From contig CAZVTA010000002.1 of assembly GCA_964629815.1 (NCBI GenBank), forward strand, positions 194,096-258,095: a DNA stretch of 64,000 nucleotides, written 5' to 3'. The position numbers and the translations under genes were made by a program. Origin of the DNA: an uncultured Candidatus Saccharibacteria bacterium (GTDB taxonomy: Bacteria > Patescibacteriota > Saccharimonadia > Saccharimonadales > AWTP1-31). Positions 55,101 to 62,910 of this stretch are shown piece by piece. Each line of letters begins with the position of its first letter. The stretch's first letter is position 1. A model generated the notes under the pieces. It worked only from the letters and a program-made list of their open reading frames with translations. It ran no database searches and was not told the origin of the DNA.

Positions 55101-55531
55101 GTGTGCTCGTGACTGCAAGCATTGCCTCGGGCGTAATAACGCATATTGAACCTGCAGAAATAAAGCATGTGTTTGACTCTTTGCTTGATAACGCAATCAA
55201 GTTCAATAATCAAGGCGGCAAGGTTGTTATGAACGTTGCTAAAAAGTACGACAAGCTGGTGGTGTCAGTGAGTGATACCGGTGTTGGTATATCCGAACAA
55301 AAATTGCCAAGCTTGCTACAGCCTTTTAGTCGCGGCACTGACTCGATGCAGTACAACTACGAAGGTGTTGGCCTGAGTTTGTACGCAACCAAGTTGATTG
55401 TCGATAAATTAGGTGGCTCAATCATAATCGATAGCACCCTTGGCAAGGGCACTACTGTAACAATAAATCTACCCCTGCAGTATGAAGCGAATGTGTTAGC
55501 GCCTATGGTTGTTACGCCACAAGCTGCCTAA
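49118..55531 (+). CDS. giant (2137-aa) GLUG-repeat/FN3 ectodomain protein fused to a C-terminal histidine kinase
   Basis: N-terminal TM helix. Two head modules (CDQLQEIS...DIDCSAT; CAGLQAMN...DIDCTATTEWNDGQGFQPI...FDGAGHAIRNLYINR). Dozens of GG[LF][VI]G repeats and two FN3-like domains. Three TM helices. H-box ITTHYLNTPVAIM (His codon 54392-54394). N-box DNAIKF, G1 DTGVGI, G2 GVGLSL. Confidence 0.85.
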   Translation: MKASVLKQHFQKSKQRMWLLAGSFGLLFVVIVSVFYISIIMPMFAKAYSGVGLGTDQDPYQITTCDQLQEISEDLDAHYVLVQDIDCSATMELNNFEPIAAFSGTLDGRNYAIKDISIVRPSQYYAGIFEWTAGATIKNLSLIKDQTPEGYESIVGGGVVGTLVAEVRGGTIIQNVHNEMNVKVLGYDINTSDETPGIAYAGGLVGLNRGTVYTSSSVGSVTAQVGVVQALRIGGLIGNMADADGGRIEDSYADASVTASSNESEVIGSCGGLVGQIGALGFITRSYSAGTVNCTQQSLRAGGFVGVQAGAGDVDVIESSFSTTSVSGYESGGFVGDSGSDSLTNVYFDVTSSGQTLCGLPDQQLNDCYPVNADGLSPDYFLGTSSGQPLQNFDFIDTWTIVPGQLPQIKPSLVTADPPVNIGAIRAEGSINLSWEAPAVNGVRNSDIDGYVIEYKKNNDTSWSAVELGVPIDQISYAFTDNKIDSSTYHFRIRSHSTVGTSNVPSSEADSIVDAPSTAPELTVLSQTARQVVLGFSEAPRSSDYVFQYKKVADSDWSTALEGVEYTAGENVTIVALDPSTPYEFRALGRNSSGQGPWSTSATATTGAAQQISISDCAGLQAMNNNLEAKYTLTADIDCTATTEWNDGQGFQPIGPNQDSGKDIFSGEFDGAGHAIRNLYINRSFEIDNAARTEGVGLFGTVAYGTIKNVRLSGFVVAATYELDPSIDADRNGLPDSPDLVDYDGANLPLDVLGIYTTFPRVYAGSLVGISIGKNKFSDIQAENVVVSGSVAGGLIGTHAGIFGRDSQFTALGQDISKSTLFVDNLQSTGAVWGTISGGIIGVASAMMGDLEGNEPTLTITNSASSAEVSGNLSGGLVGIGLSTSALLPLGIIDQSEAPTMSFQDVTEKALSSQMLIITNSHATGNVSVCNSPSGVQVGSLGGLIGVGVGVNLENTYATGGTGACTDTTDDLDLYGGAYGGLAGTLVISTVQKSHATGNITLVNDRTDGHSQGGVLAVTGGLVGVIINSGNQNGSIAIDSVYATGSTTVEGVNGLLHIGGGLMGVYLGGGSITKSYATGNILNKTAQQNIGGISIVGGFMGVAVGADVQYMLSAAFTIFSQSALSAVPTQGLVVSDSYATGSVLSNKGDSGGVLLSVHGGFGGLSIGNITYNTIHASGDVGLQHNGEFYVDTGSGGIGQDFFEVVGENNSAVAVGGGLFGMTAGADVTHIVNGFLNIDDKLGDGLAIYNSYASGRVDALISGGLVGAAELRTKISKTYATGDVSGLFVGGLVGESGTLSSVGISVLANLVLGDYTHEIPDQILEGIRHSFEGLVPVELVNTYATGDVRGKEARISLGGFNFTDPAATPIRMSSIAGGLVGLVGGAGSVIKDSYGSGDVSVETLTEQPVDKTKIRFPESPSFIGGIAGVVLAVPQADAEAMRDYFAPDADQSDPAALFPEPMRIERVFSVSKVSIADGVVSGGAFGLFLSPISVAFQDSISVPDGVFYSVSDNYYDKSKIDTSACDGFTNPSDRFRQLWQQFIDRNDREKLEAFYTTSDFGEATIVPSLDTLYDLSSDSWQPAFKPISCTAVNEGNAQPNYFINNKTNAPLNNWDFTNVWRTRPNQYPTFVAGVSTNDPEGPEDPGSPVTPSTPTSSTNTVNPQTRTTVRDILQNLISPNGRLNTNDSRVKGIWTIFANVPPVIAKSIPYLLILMLLFLAAMYARQALREYRQLSEYHNSAVRVASAKDAVNSYLAITTHYLNTPVAIMNGALELLTSLNKISAARADTLRIKLKKFSEDVSRLLAANQVSSAGSVNRSKEVEHPLPSPVTAKAVWVPASVAFALLVIANVIFIFANVFDRSPLRITIEFGLFLLGILLVALSYRYRNYLEQAKILTLEQLTIESSLYKKREAFIPEATKIIGDNFESLSIASQDIKKIPEAKAFFNGLAMLGGVNTGLQNLEKFAHFKTDPPLFDITAAANKAVQEVADRAKAKGVLVTASIASGVITHIEPAEIKHVFDSLLDNAIKFNNQGGKVVMNVAKKYDKLVVSVSDTGVGISEQKLPSLLQPFSRGTDSMQYNYEGVGLSLYATKLIVDKLGGSIIIDSTLGKGTTVTINLPLQYEANVLAPMVVTPQAA

Positions 55532-55551
55532 ATTTGAAAAAGGCGTACGAG

Positions 55552-56010
55552 CTAATTTTGTAAAGATTTTAGGTCGCGAATTATTTCGGCAGCGTGAGTA
55601 AGTGGGTTGACGCCCTCGTATGTTTTGACGAAGTGACCCTCCGGGCTGATGATGTAAGTATTTCGCCTTATACCTTCGTAATCTCGGCCCATGAATTTCT
55701 TCATGCCCCATGCTCCATATGCTTCGATAGTCGTATGATCTGGATCGCTCAGTAGCGTAAAGTTCAGTGAATGTTTGTCGGCAAATTTTTTGTGCGATGC
55801 AACAGAATCTTTGCTTATGCCAATTACAACTGCATTGCCAAGCTCGGCAATTACATCTCTAGCATCGCGAAATGCACATGCTTCTTTGGTGCAGCCAGGC
55901 GTGTCATCTTTAGGGTAGAAGTATAAAACAATCCACTTTCCGGCATAGTCTTTCAAGCTCCGCATAGTGCCATCTTGGTCTGGTAACGAGAAATCGGGGG
56001 CTTTTTTCAT
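55552..56010 (-). CDS. bcp: thiol peroxidase Bcp (peroxiredoxin)
   Basis: FSLPDQDG..., YFYPKDDTPGCTKEAC, GISKDS. Confidence 0.9.
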   Translation of the reverse strand: MKKAPDFSLPDQDGTMRSLKDYAGKWIVLYFYPKDDTPGCTKEACAFRDARDVIAELGNAVVIGISKDSVASHKKFADKHSLNFTLLSDPDHTTIEAYGAWGMKKFMGRDYEGIRRNTYIISPEGHFVKTYEGVNPLTHAAEIIRDLKSLQN

Positions 56011-56046
56011 ATGAACTCCTTATTACTACTACGTATAGTAACAGAA

Positions 56047-56673
56047 CTATTGTTTAGAGAACGTAAAGAGCTGTGAAATAATTTCTTGCGTTACGGCAGT
56101 GGGCGACGAGGTGCCATCGATGTGAATAAGGAGGCCGTGTTGGTCGTAATAATTGATTACCGGCAGCGTTTTGTCCCGAAATTCGTCGAGGCGTTTAGTG
56201 ATGGATGTTGCATTATCGTCATTGCGGTCGCCGCGGTCGCCGAGTGTTTTAGCTGCTTGCCAGCGCTCCATGACAATATCATCATCTATATCTAGGTAGA
56301 TGACAGCTTTGATTTCGTGCCCTGATTCTTTTGCTGCCTGCATAATTGGCTCTTCTTCGCCATGCCAGCGACCGAGTGAGCTGAGTATGAGTGGTTTATC
56401 AGTGTATTCTGGGTGTGATAAGTATGGCAAGACCATTCTAAGGTAATCTTTTTGAGGGGCTAGACTCCCGGAATCTATGGTCTGCTTCACTGACGTGGCC
56501 GTCGAGCTGCGAATTATGTCACCGCCGCCAATAATGCTTGCATCGAAATAGTCTGCCAGGGTACGCGCTTGGGTGTCTTTGCCCGAAAATGGCCGACCAA
56601 ATATATTGATTGATCCGGTACCGAGCCACGACTTTATTGTTTGTATTGCCTCGTTGTCGAGGTTTTGAATCAT
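56047..56673 (-). CDS. adenylate/nucleoside-monophosphate kinase-like protein with a divergent P-loop
   Basis: INIFGRPFSGKDTQARTLADYF...GGGDIIR parallels the Adk pattern GPPGAGKGTQA...STGDLLR. Confidence 0.5.
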   Translation of the reverse strand: MIQNLDNEAIQTIKSWLGTGSINIFGRPFSGKDTQARTLADYFDASIIGGGDIIRSSTATSVKQTIDSGSLAPQKDYLRMVLPYLSHPEYTDKPLILSSLGRWHGEEEPIMQAAKESGHEIKAVIYLDIDDDIVMERWQAAKTLGDRGDRNDDNATSITKRLDEFRDKTLPVINYYDQHGLLIHIDGTSSPTAVTQEIISQLFTFSKQ

Positions 56674-56713
56674 GCAGTCAGTATATAACAGAGAGTAATA
56701 GAGTCAAGCGCTT

Positions 56714-56740
56714 TTAGCACTCTTGACTCTACAGTGCTAG
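56714..56740 (+). promoter_or_regulatory. CIRCE operator upstream of hrcA-grpE
   Basis: TTAGCACTC-N9-CAGTGCTAG versus the consensus TTAGCACTC-N9-GAGTGCTAA. Overlaps a TTGACT -35-like box. Confidence 0.85.
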
Positions 56741-56775
56741 CGTTATATACTTCTACCGAAGTAAAGGTAGTAGTT

Positions 56776-57486
56776 ATGACCGACCGACAACATAGAATCT
56801 TGGCAGCCATTGTAGAGCAGTATGCAGAGGTGGCAAGTCCTGTTGGCTCGAGTTTACTCGCAAAAGTGTTTGGTGTTTCGAGCGCTACTATTCGTGCTGA
56901 AATGGCTGAGTTAGAGCGGCTTGGCTACATTGACCAGCCACATACCAGCGCAGGACGGATACCGACCGACAAAGGTTATCGGTTCTATGTAAATAACCTT
57001 AGTGGCGAGGTCAGCCCAGAATCTTCGGTTGAACGAAGAGCCGAAAAAGCTTTGGCATCTCGTGCAGTACAAGGCGGTGTGCCCGATAGGATTATTAGAA
57101 ACACTGTAGATACTTTGGTGGAGCTAACACATAACCTCGGCATTGCTACCATTGGTGATCAGCTGTACATGAGTGGTCTCAGTAACCTGTTCGGCCAGCC
57201 AGAATTTATGAATGCAGGACAAGTGCGCGAAGTGGCGAGCCTGCTCGATAACCTAGAGCCCTGGTTGTACGAAGCGGCGCCAAATGAACCGCTCAGTGTG
57301 TATATTGGCCACGAAAACCCAATCGGGCGTAGTGCGGGCTGTACGCTTATTGTAAGCCGATTCCGTAGTCCCTTTAGCGACACGAGCTATATTGGGGTGC
57401 TTGGCCCTACAAGACAGAGCTATCGAGATGTTATGACGCTTGTGCGTCGTGCCGGCGAAACGCTCGAGGAGGCGCTTCATGTCTAA
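56776..57486 (+). CDS. hrcA: heat-inducible transcription repressor HrcA (short, 236 aa)
   Basis: N-terminal wHTH RQHRILAAIVEQYAEVASPVGSSLLAK...SSATIRAEMAELERLGYIDQPHTSAGRIPTDKGYRFYV. Start placed at ATG 56776, after SD AAGGTAG. Confidence 0.85.
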   Translation: MTDRQHRILAAIVEQYAEVASPVGSSLLAKVFGVSSATIRAEMAELERLGYIDQPHTSAGRIPTDKGYRFYVNNLSGEVSPESSVERRAEKALASRAVQGGVPDRIIRNTVDTLVELTHNLGIATIGDQLYMSGLSNLFGQPEFMNAGQVREVASLLDNLEPWLYEAAPNEPLSVYIGHENPIGRSAGCTLIVSRFRSPFSDTSYIGVLGPTRQSYRDVMTLVRRAGETLEEALHV

Positions 57487-57940
57487 GAAAAAAGCCGATC
57501 TACAGCTACTACAACAGCAAATAGCGGAACTAACTGAGGCGCTACAGCGAGAGCGTGCCGATGCGATGAATGTTCGTCGCCGTTACGATGAGCAAATTGC
57601 GGGGCTTCGTTCTACACTGAAAGTTAGCGTTGTAGAAGAGCTGTTGCCGGTAATTGATAATTTCGAGCGAGCGCTTAAGCATGTTCCATCAGAACTAGAA
57701 GATAATGATTACATAAAGGGCGTGCAAGGTGTGGTAAAGCAGTTCGAATCGACACTTTTAGGTATGGGTGTACAGAAGATAAAGACGGTCGGCGAGGTGT
57801 TTAATCCGCACCTTCATGAAGCGGTTAGTATGGAAGAAGGTGAGGGCGACCAAGAGCTTATTACTGAAGAACTGCAGTCTGGATACGTGTTGGGTGACCA
57901 AGTTATTCGGCACGCTATGGTACGTGTAAAGCGAGGCTAA
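57479..57940 (+). CDS. grpE: nucleotide exchange factor GrpE
   Basis: Coiled-coil N-terminus, LLPVIDNFERAL, FNPHLHEAV, GYVLGDQVIRHAMVRV. The ATG overlaps the hrcA stop. Confidence 0.9.
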   Translation: MSKKKADLQLLQQQIAELTEALQRERADAMNVRRRYDEQIAGLRSTLKVSVVEELLPVIDNFERALKHVPSELEDNDYIKGVQGVVKQFESTLLGMGVQKIKTVGEVFNPHLHEAVSMEEGEGDQELITEELQSGYVLGDQVIRHAMVRVKRG

Positions 57941-57943
57941 AAA

Positions 57944-58255
57944 ATGCCAGAGCGCGCTCATCTTCGACTTGTTGAACCAACACCCGAGGAAGAAATTGTG
58001 CCACGGAGCTCTCGGCCAGAGATGTTGTGTGATTCGAGCCTGTGTACGGTCGCGAAGCGAGTTATCGAGGCGGCTTACAGAATCGAAACGGGAATGCTCA
58101 CGGTTGGCGAATTTAATCGGCTTGGCTACACCAACAACGACCAGCTTGATGCGCTCGCAAACAGGGCAAGATCTTGTGCTGCAGCAATCGCAACTGGTAG
58201 ATGTACGGTCTACCGGGCAGTCGATCAGCATACAATCGAACTAATCCGACGATAG
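57944..58255 (+). CDS. hypothetical protein inside the heat-shock cluster
   Basis: 103-aa ORF starting 3 nt after the grpE stop. No motif recognised. Confidence 0.5.
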   Translation: MPERAHLRLVEPTPEEEIVPRSSRPEMLCDSSLCTVAKRVIEAAYRIETGMLTVGEFNRLGYTNNDQLDALANRARSCAAAIATGRCTVYRAVDQHTIELIRR

Positions 58256-58258
58256 CGT

Positions 58259-58675
58259 ATGAACATCGAACATATACCCTGGCAAGAAGCGGTCGGTTTG
58301 CTCGATAGCGTTACACAAGTGCATCCAGTGCAAGACTATTGGTCGTGGGTTGATAGATTTGGGAGATTTAAATATGGTGCGGTATGGCATTTCTCTCTTA
58401 ATACGCCTACCGATATGTACGATTCGTTGGCTATTAAACAATCAGAGATTGGTGTGCAAACGAATGGCTTTGATGCATTAACAGGTGCAATGAATCCCGT
58501 AGAGTATATTCCTGCGTATAGCTTTTGCCGCAAATTGGGTAGAACTGTAACTACAGGTGTTGTTATAGCGCGGACAGGTCATGTTGCAGTTCCCCTAATG
58601 AGCACCATGCGTTCTCGTGTAACGCCAAGTATGGTTGTCGAAGATCTAAGAAGAGTTATGCTAGAAGACAATTAG
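58259..58675 (+). CDS. hypothetical protein inside the heat-shock cluster
   Basis: 138-aa ORF starting 3 nt after the previous stop. No motif recognised. Confidence 0.5.
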   Translation: MNIEHIPWQEAVGLLDSVTQVHPVQDYWSWVDRFGRFKYGAVWHFSLNTPTDMYDSLAIKQSEIGVQTNGFDALTGAMNPVEYIPAYSFCRKLGRTVTTGVVIARTGHVAVPLMSTMRSRVTPSMVVEDLRRVMLEDN

Positions 58676-58698
58676 CACTCTTGACATAGGAGTGCTAG
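58672..58698 (+). promoter_or_regulatory. CIRCE operator upstream of dnaK
   Basis: TTAGCACTC-N9-GAGTGCTAG. The spacer contains TTGACA (58681-58686). Confidence 0.85.
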
Positions 58699-58719
58699 TT
58701 TTATTATGATAGAATTACT

Positions 58720-58746
58720 TTAGCACTCAATAAGAGTAACTGCTAA
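58720..58746 (+). promoter_or_regulatory. second, degenerate CIRCE-like operator upstream of dnaK
   Basis: TTAGCACTC-N9-AACTGCTAA; the right arm matches the consensus at 7/9. Confidence 0.6.
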
Positions 58747-58757
58747 AAAGGAAAATC

Positions 58758-59039
58758 ATGACAGGTTTTGACGAAGCTTGGGAACGAGACCCCATAACAG
58801 TGCAAGAACAGGTTCGTATGGAGCTTCAGTTCGCATGGTTATGTTTGCCTGAAGCGCTTCAAGACATAGTGCATATCGCTCCCGGCAACGATGGCTATGT
58901 GTACGGTGGTGCTACGTTTAGCTTTGACGATGAAGTCAATGCGGCACGAGCGCAAAGAGCGCTTGAAACTAACGACGATGATTTTTGGCTTGGCAAGTAT
59001 GCTCGACTAATGGAAATAAGAGGAGGATTAGATGGGTAA
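58758..59039 (+). CDS. hypothetical acidic protein translationally coupled to dnaK
   Basis: 93-aa ORF with SD AAAGGAAAA. Its last codons contain the dnaK SD (AGGAGG), and it overlaps the dnaK start by 8 nt. Confidence 0.55.
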   Translation: MTGFDEAWERDPITVQEQVRMELQFAWLCLPEALQDIVHIAPGNDGYVYGGATFSFDDEVNAARAQRALETNDDDFWLGKYARLMEIRGGLDG

Positions 59040-60942
59040 AATTATTGGAATCGACTTAGGAACAACAAATAGCGCAATGGCTGTGATGCAGTCTGGTAAG
59101 CCAGACATTATTACAAACAGCGAAGGTAACCGAACGACCCCAAGCGTGGTTGCCATTAACAAAAATGGCGAACGCTTGGTTGGACAGGTTGCTCGCAGGC
59201 AGCAGGTTACCAATAGCAAGAACACCGTATACGAAGTAAAGCGACTAATTGGTCGTCGCTGGGAAGACAAAGAAGTGCAGCGTGACATTAAGCTCATGGG
59301 CTATGAAATGGTCAAGAGCGGCAATGGTGTAAAGGTAAAAATGGGCGACAAAGAATACAGCCCAGAAGAGATTAGCGCAATGGTGCTGTCGAAGCTTAAG
59401 GCAGACGCCGAAGCATTTACCGGAGAAAAAATTACTGAAGCGGTGATTACCGTACCAGCATATTTCGACGATAGCCAACGCCAAGCAACCAAAGATGCTG
59501 GCAAGATCGCTGGCCTAGAAGTTAAGCGCATTATTAACGAACCAACTGCTGCAGCGCTTGCGTACGGCCTCGATAAAGGTAGTAAGAGCGACGAAAAAAT
59601 TGCTGTGTTCGACCTCGGTGGCGGTACCTTTGACGTATCTATCCTAGAACTGGGTGATGGCGTATTCGAGGTTAAAAGTACTAATGGTGATACGCACCTT
59701 GGTGGTGCCGACTTTGACCGTGCAATCGTTAACTACTTTGTAGACGAATTTAAAAAAGAGCATGGCATTGACCTGACTGACGATAAGGCTGCAATGCAGC
59801 GACTTCGTGACGAGGCTGAAAAGGCGAAGATTGAACTATCGACGACGAATGAAGTGGACATTAACCTGCCATTCTTAACTGCAGATGCAGACGGTCCAAA
59901 ACACTTCGAGCACAAATTAACACGTGCCAAGCTCGAAAGTCTTGTTGCCGATTTGGTAGATAAAACTGCTATTCCATGCGAAAAAGCGCTCAAAGACGCA
60001 AAGCTTAAAGCAAGCGATATTGATGCGGTTGTGTTGGTTGGCGGTATGACTCGCATGCCAGCAGTCGTCGAAAAAGTTAAGAAAATATTTGGTAAAGATC
60101 CTATGCAAGGGGTTAACCCCGATGAAGTTGTTGCAGTTGGTGCAGCAATTCAGGGTGGTGTATTGCAGGGTGATGTTAAGGATGTGTTACTGCTTGATGT
60201 AACGCCGCTGAGTCTTGGTATTGAAACGCTTGGTGGTGTGGCCACAAAACTTATTGAGCGAAACACGACAATCCCAACCAGTAAGAGCGAAGTATTTAGT
60301 ACCGCTGCCGACAATCAGAATCAGGTTGAAATCCACGTTGTGCAAGGTGAGCGTGAATTTGTTGCCGATAACAAGAGTCTTGGTCGCTTTGTGCTCGACG
60401 GTATTCCGGCCGCTCCAAGAGGTGTCCCTCAAATCGAAGTTACCTTTAATATCGATGCTAACGGTATTTTGAATGTAACCGCCAAAGACAAGGGAAGTGG
60501 CAAAGAGCAGAGTATTACCATTCAAAATAGCGGTAATCTGGACAAGACAGAAGTCGAGAAAATGGCGAAAGAAGCCGAAACACATGCCGAAGAAGACAAG
60601 AAAAAACGTGAAGCAATCGATGCGCGAAACCAGCTCGATAGCGCAATCTATCAGGCAGAAAAGATGAAGTCGGACAACAAAGATAAAATTGACGAAGACG
60701 ACGCGAAAAAACTCGACGAGGCAGTAGAGGTTGCTAAAAAAGTAGCAGCAGACGAAAAAGCCGACAAAGACGCATATGAAAAAGCAGCTAAGGAGCTAAC
60801 CGACGCAATTATGCCGATTGGCGCAAAAATGTACGAAGCGGCTACAAAAGAAGACGAAAAAGCCGACAAAGACGAAGATGTCAAAAAGACCGACAAAGAC
60901 GAACCGGTAGAAGGCGAAGTCGTCGAAGACGGTGAAAAATAA
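59032..60942 (+). CDS. dnaK: molecular chaperone DnaK (Hsp70)
   Basis: [29 protein letters not shown], and a Lys/Asp/Glu-rich C-terminal tail. Confidence 0.97.
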   Translation: MGKIIGIDLGTTNSAMAVMQSGKPDIITNSEGNRTTPSVVAINKNGERLVGQVARRQQVTNSKNTVYEVKRLIGRRWEDKEVQRDIKLMGYEMVKSGNGVKVKMGDKEYSPEEISAMVLSKLKADAEAFTGEKITEAVITVPAYFDDSQRQATKDAGKIAGLEVKRIINEPTAAALAYGLDKGSKSDEKIAVFDLGGGTFDVSILELGDGVFEVKSTNGDTHLGGADFDRAIVNYFVDEFKKEHGIDLTDDKAAMQRLRDEAEKAKIELSTTNEVDINLPFLTADADGPKHFEHKLTRAKLESLVADLVDKTAIPCEKALKDAKLKASDIDAVVLVGGMTRMPAVVEKVKKIFGKDPMQGVNPDEVVAVGAAIQGGVLQGDVKDVLLLDVTPLSLGIETLGGVATKLIERNTTIPTSKSEVFSTAADNQNQVEIHVVQGEREFVADNKSLGRFVLDGIPAAPRGVPQIEVTFNIDANGILNVTAKDKGSGKEQSITIQNSGNLDKTEVEKMAKEAETHAEEDKKKREAIDARNQLDSAIYQAEKMKSDNKDKIDEDDAKKLDEAVEVAKKVAADEKADKDAYEKAAKELTDAIMPIGAKMYEAATKEDEKADKDEDVKKTDKDEPVEGEVVEDGEK

Positions 60943-61241
60943 TGAATGGCGAAAGCTTTCGTGACAGCATAATTCCTCCGACAGGCTACGTTGGCTCACC
61001 CGAAGCCAGTGTACCTGTCGAGCCAGGAGTCGATCAACAAGAATACATCCAGTTTCTAGAAGACGCCCGTAGTCATGCTCGCCAGAAAACAGAAGATTTA
61101 GGATCATCACCAATTGCTTTTAAACAACTGGGCGAAGACTTAACCCACGCGGCAGCCACACGCGAGTCACACTCTAGCAGAACGCAACGCGCAATAGATA
61201 GTATGGGCGCAGTCCTGCGGATTATGCTCGGCCGAAAGTAG
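60942..61241 (+). CDS. hypothetical protein in the position usually held by dnaJ
   Basis: 99-aa ORF whose ATG shares a base with the dnaK TAA. No J-domain HPD motif. Confidence 0.5.
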   Translation: MNGESFRDSIIPPTGYVGSPEASVPVEPGVDQQEYIQFLEDARSHARQKTEDLGSSPIAFKQLGEDLTHAAATRESHSSRTQRAIDSMGAVLRIMLGRK

Positions 61242-61242
61242 C

Positions 61243-62808
61243 TTACTGAGGATTAACGAGGCGAATTCGTTCTTTTGTGATGAGCCCTGTCCATAGAAAA
61301 TCTTGCGAAGGGTAGTCGGTTTTGCCGTCTGCATCTCCGTCGTAGCCGCTCGTATCGGTTACACCAAGGTTTTCCCACTTTCTTTTTGTATCAGCGTTAA
61401 CGAATCCGTCGGTTTCGATATGGGGTCTATTGGCACAGCCCGTCTCGGCGACAATAAAGCCATAATCTCTCATGGCTACGGCAAAAATACGGGCGGTGTT
61501 GCGTTTTGTGCCAGTGTATCCTCGGGCGTCGAGCCAGTTTGTTATTTCTTGGTCGGTAACGTTAAGGGCAAAACGCTGGCCGGATGCAACGGTTCGTGCG
61601 CGGGTAGTATTGGTGCTAACGGGTTGATCGTTCCCACACGCATTGTTTGCAAAAACAGATAAATGTTCAACTTTTGAGCCAGGAGCTTGGTATACAGCGC
61701 AGCTGTCGCCTGCCCCACTGGCAGCTAGAGTATTGTTGGGCGAACAGGCCGGTCCAAACATTTGATTAAATAGAGTTAGTGCAAGCGCATGCTTTATTTC
61801 ACCCGACTCTACCTCTGCCGCGCGAGTAATAGTCGCGAGCTTTGCGAACCCTGCACCACGATCACTGACTGTGCCAGGGTCGGTAAATATGTTTGTGTAG
61901 TGAGCGATCGATTGCGCGCATTTGTGCGATGCGTTGTTGGCGTCGAAAACAGGGTTGTAGCTTGGAACGGCTCCTCCAAGAAAACCTGGCTGATTGTTGC
62001 CATTATCGTTGTTCCAGTTATGAAATGCATTACAGCCAATCTTGTCGATGTCGTAGTTATAAATGTCCCATGCCTCACCGGTCTGGTAATTCACGACCGC
62101 TACAATACCGTCGACACCAGGGGGGCGAGTCCATGCTGGATTCCACGGTATACTATCACCGAGCCGGACGCCATTTGCACCCACAGCCAAAGATCCGTAT
62201 GTGTCGGAGCGTTCCCAGGGGTAGCCAACAGTGTTACGTGCTTCGTTTTGTTGATATATGCGTATGGTGGTTGTTGCGTCTGCTGCGTCATAAATTGGTA
62301 TGGAATAGTTGCGGAGCGCGAGGTTCCAGTTGCCACGCTCTTGCGGTAGGTATGCCTGCCTGCTGGCACTTGGTATGAGTCCGTCGTTCGGCCAACCGTA
62401 TACGCCAGAATAATCAAACACATTGCCAGAATACTTTGTATCGTATGCGCCGCCCGTGAAGCCAAGTTCACTGGCTTTTTTATTAAAGGAGGCAGTATCT
62501 GCAAAAAAACGCTTAGCAGTGTTGCTGAGCGGAGCGTTAAATTTAACGAAGGCGCCATTTGAGGCGTTGGTGTCGCTTTCTGTACTCGCATTGCCCGATA
62601 GTGTGGCATCTTCAGCTTCGAAATGGTTTGTAGGTGTTGCAGCCATAGCGTTGTACAAAAGGTATGAACCAACAATCGCTATTACTAGAACGGGGACAGA
62701 CCGTGGTATGCTGCGCAATTTAGAACGCAAACGATGTTTTTTATGAGTCTGCTTATCTTCTGGTGATTCGAATATAGGTTTTTGATTAGAGCGCAAATGC
62801 ATAGCCAT
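61243..62808 (-). CDS. secreted hypothetical protein with an N-terminal FEAED..G..FVKF module
   Basis: Signal anchor VPVLVIAIVGSYLLYNAMAATPT, then HFEAEDATLSGNAS...NGAFVKFN. The start is uncertain (ATG 62808 or 62802; the ORF track gives 62847). Confidence 0.6.
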   Translation of the reverse strand: MAMHLRSNQKPIFESPEDKQTHKKHRLRSKLRSIPRSVPVLVIAIVGSYLLYNAMAATPTNHFEAEDATLSGNASTESDTNASNGAFVKFNAPLSNTAKRFFADTASFNKKASELGFTGGAYDTKYSGNVFDYSGVYGWPNDGLIPSASRQAYLPQERGNWNLALRNYSIPIYDAADATTTIRIYQQNEARNTVGYPWERSDTYGSLAVGANGVRLGDSIPWNPAWTRPPGVDGIVAVVNYQTGEAWDIYNYDIDKIGCNAFHNWNNDNGNNQPGFLGGAVPSYNPVFDANNASHKCAQSIAHYTNIFTDPGTVSDRGAGFAKLATITRAAEVESGEIKHALALTLFNQMFGPACSPNNTLAASGAGDSCAVYQAPGSKVEHLSVFANNACGNDQPVSTNTTRARTVASGQRFALNVTDQEITNWLDARGYTGTKRNTARIFAVAMRDYGFIVAETGCANRPHIETDGFVNADTKRKWENLGVTDTSGYDGDADGKTDYPSQDFLWTGLITKERIRLVNPQ

Positions 62809-62867
62809 AATTATCTTTGTATACATTGTAGCGCAACTCCGTGTCATTTTATAGGAGCGTAAGCATG

Positions 62868-62897
62868 TTGACGCTTGCTTTAAACTAGGGATATACT
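62868..62897 (+). promoter_or_regulatory. sigma70-type promoter: TTGACG, 18 nt, TATACT
   Basis: TTGACG at 62868-62873 and TATACT at 62892-62897, followed by SD AAGGG and ATG 62911. Confidence 0.55.
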
Positions 62898-62910
62898 AAT
62901 CGTAAGGGTT

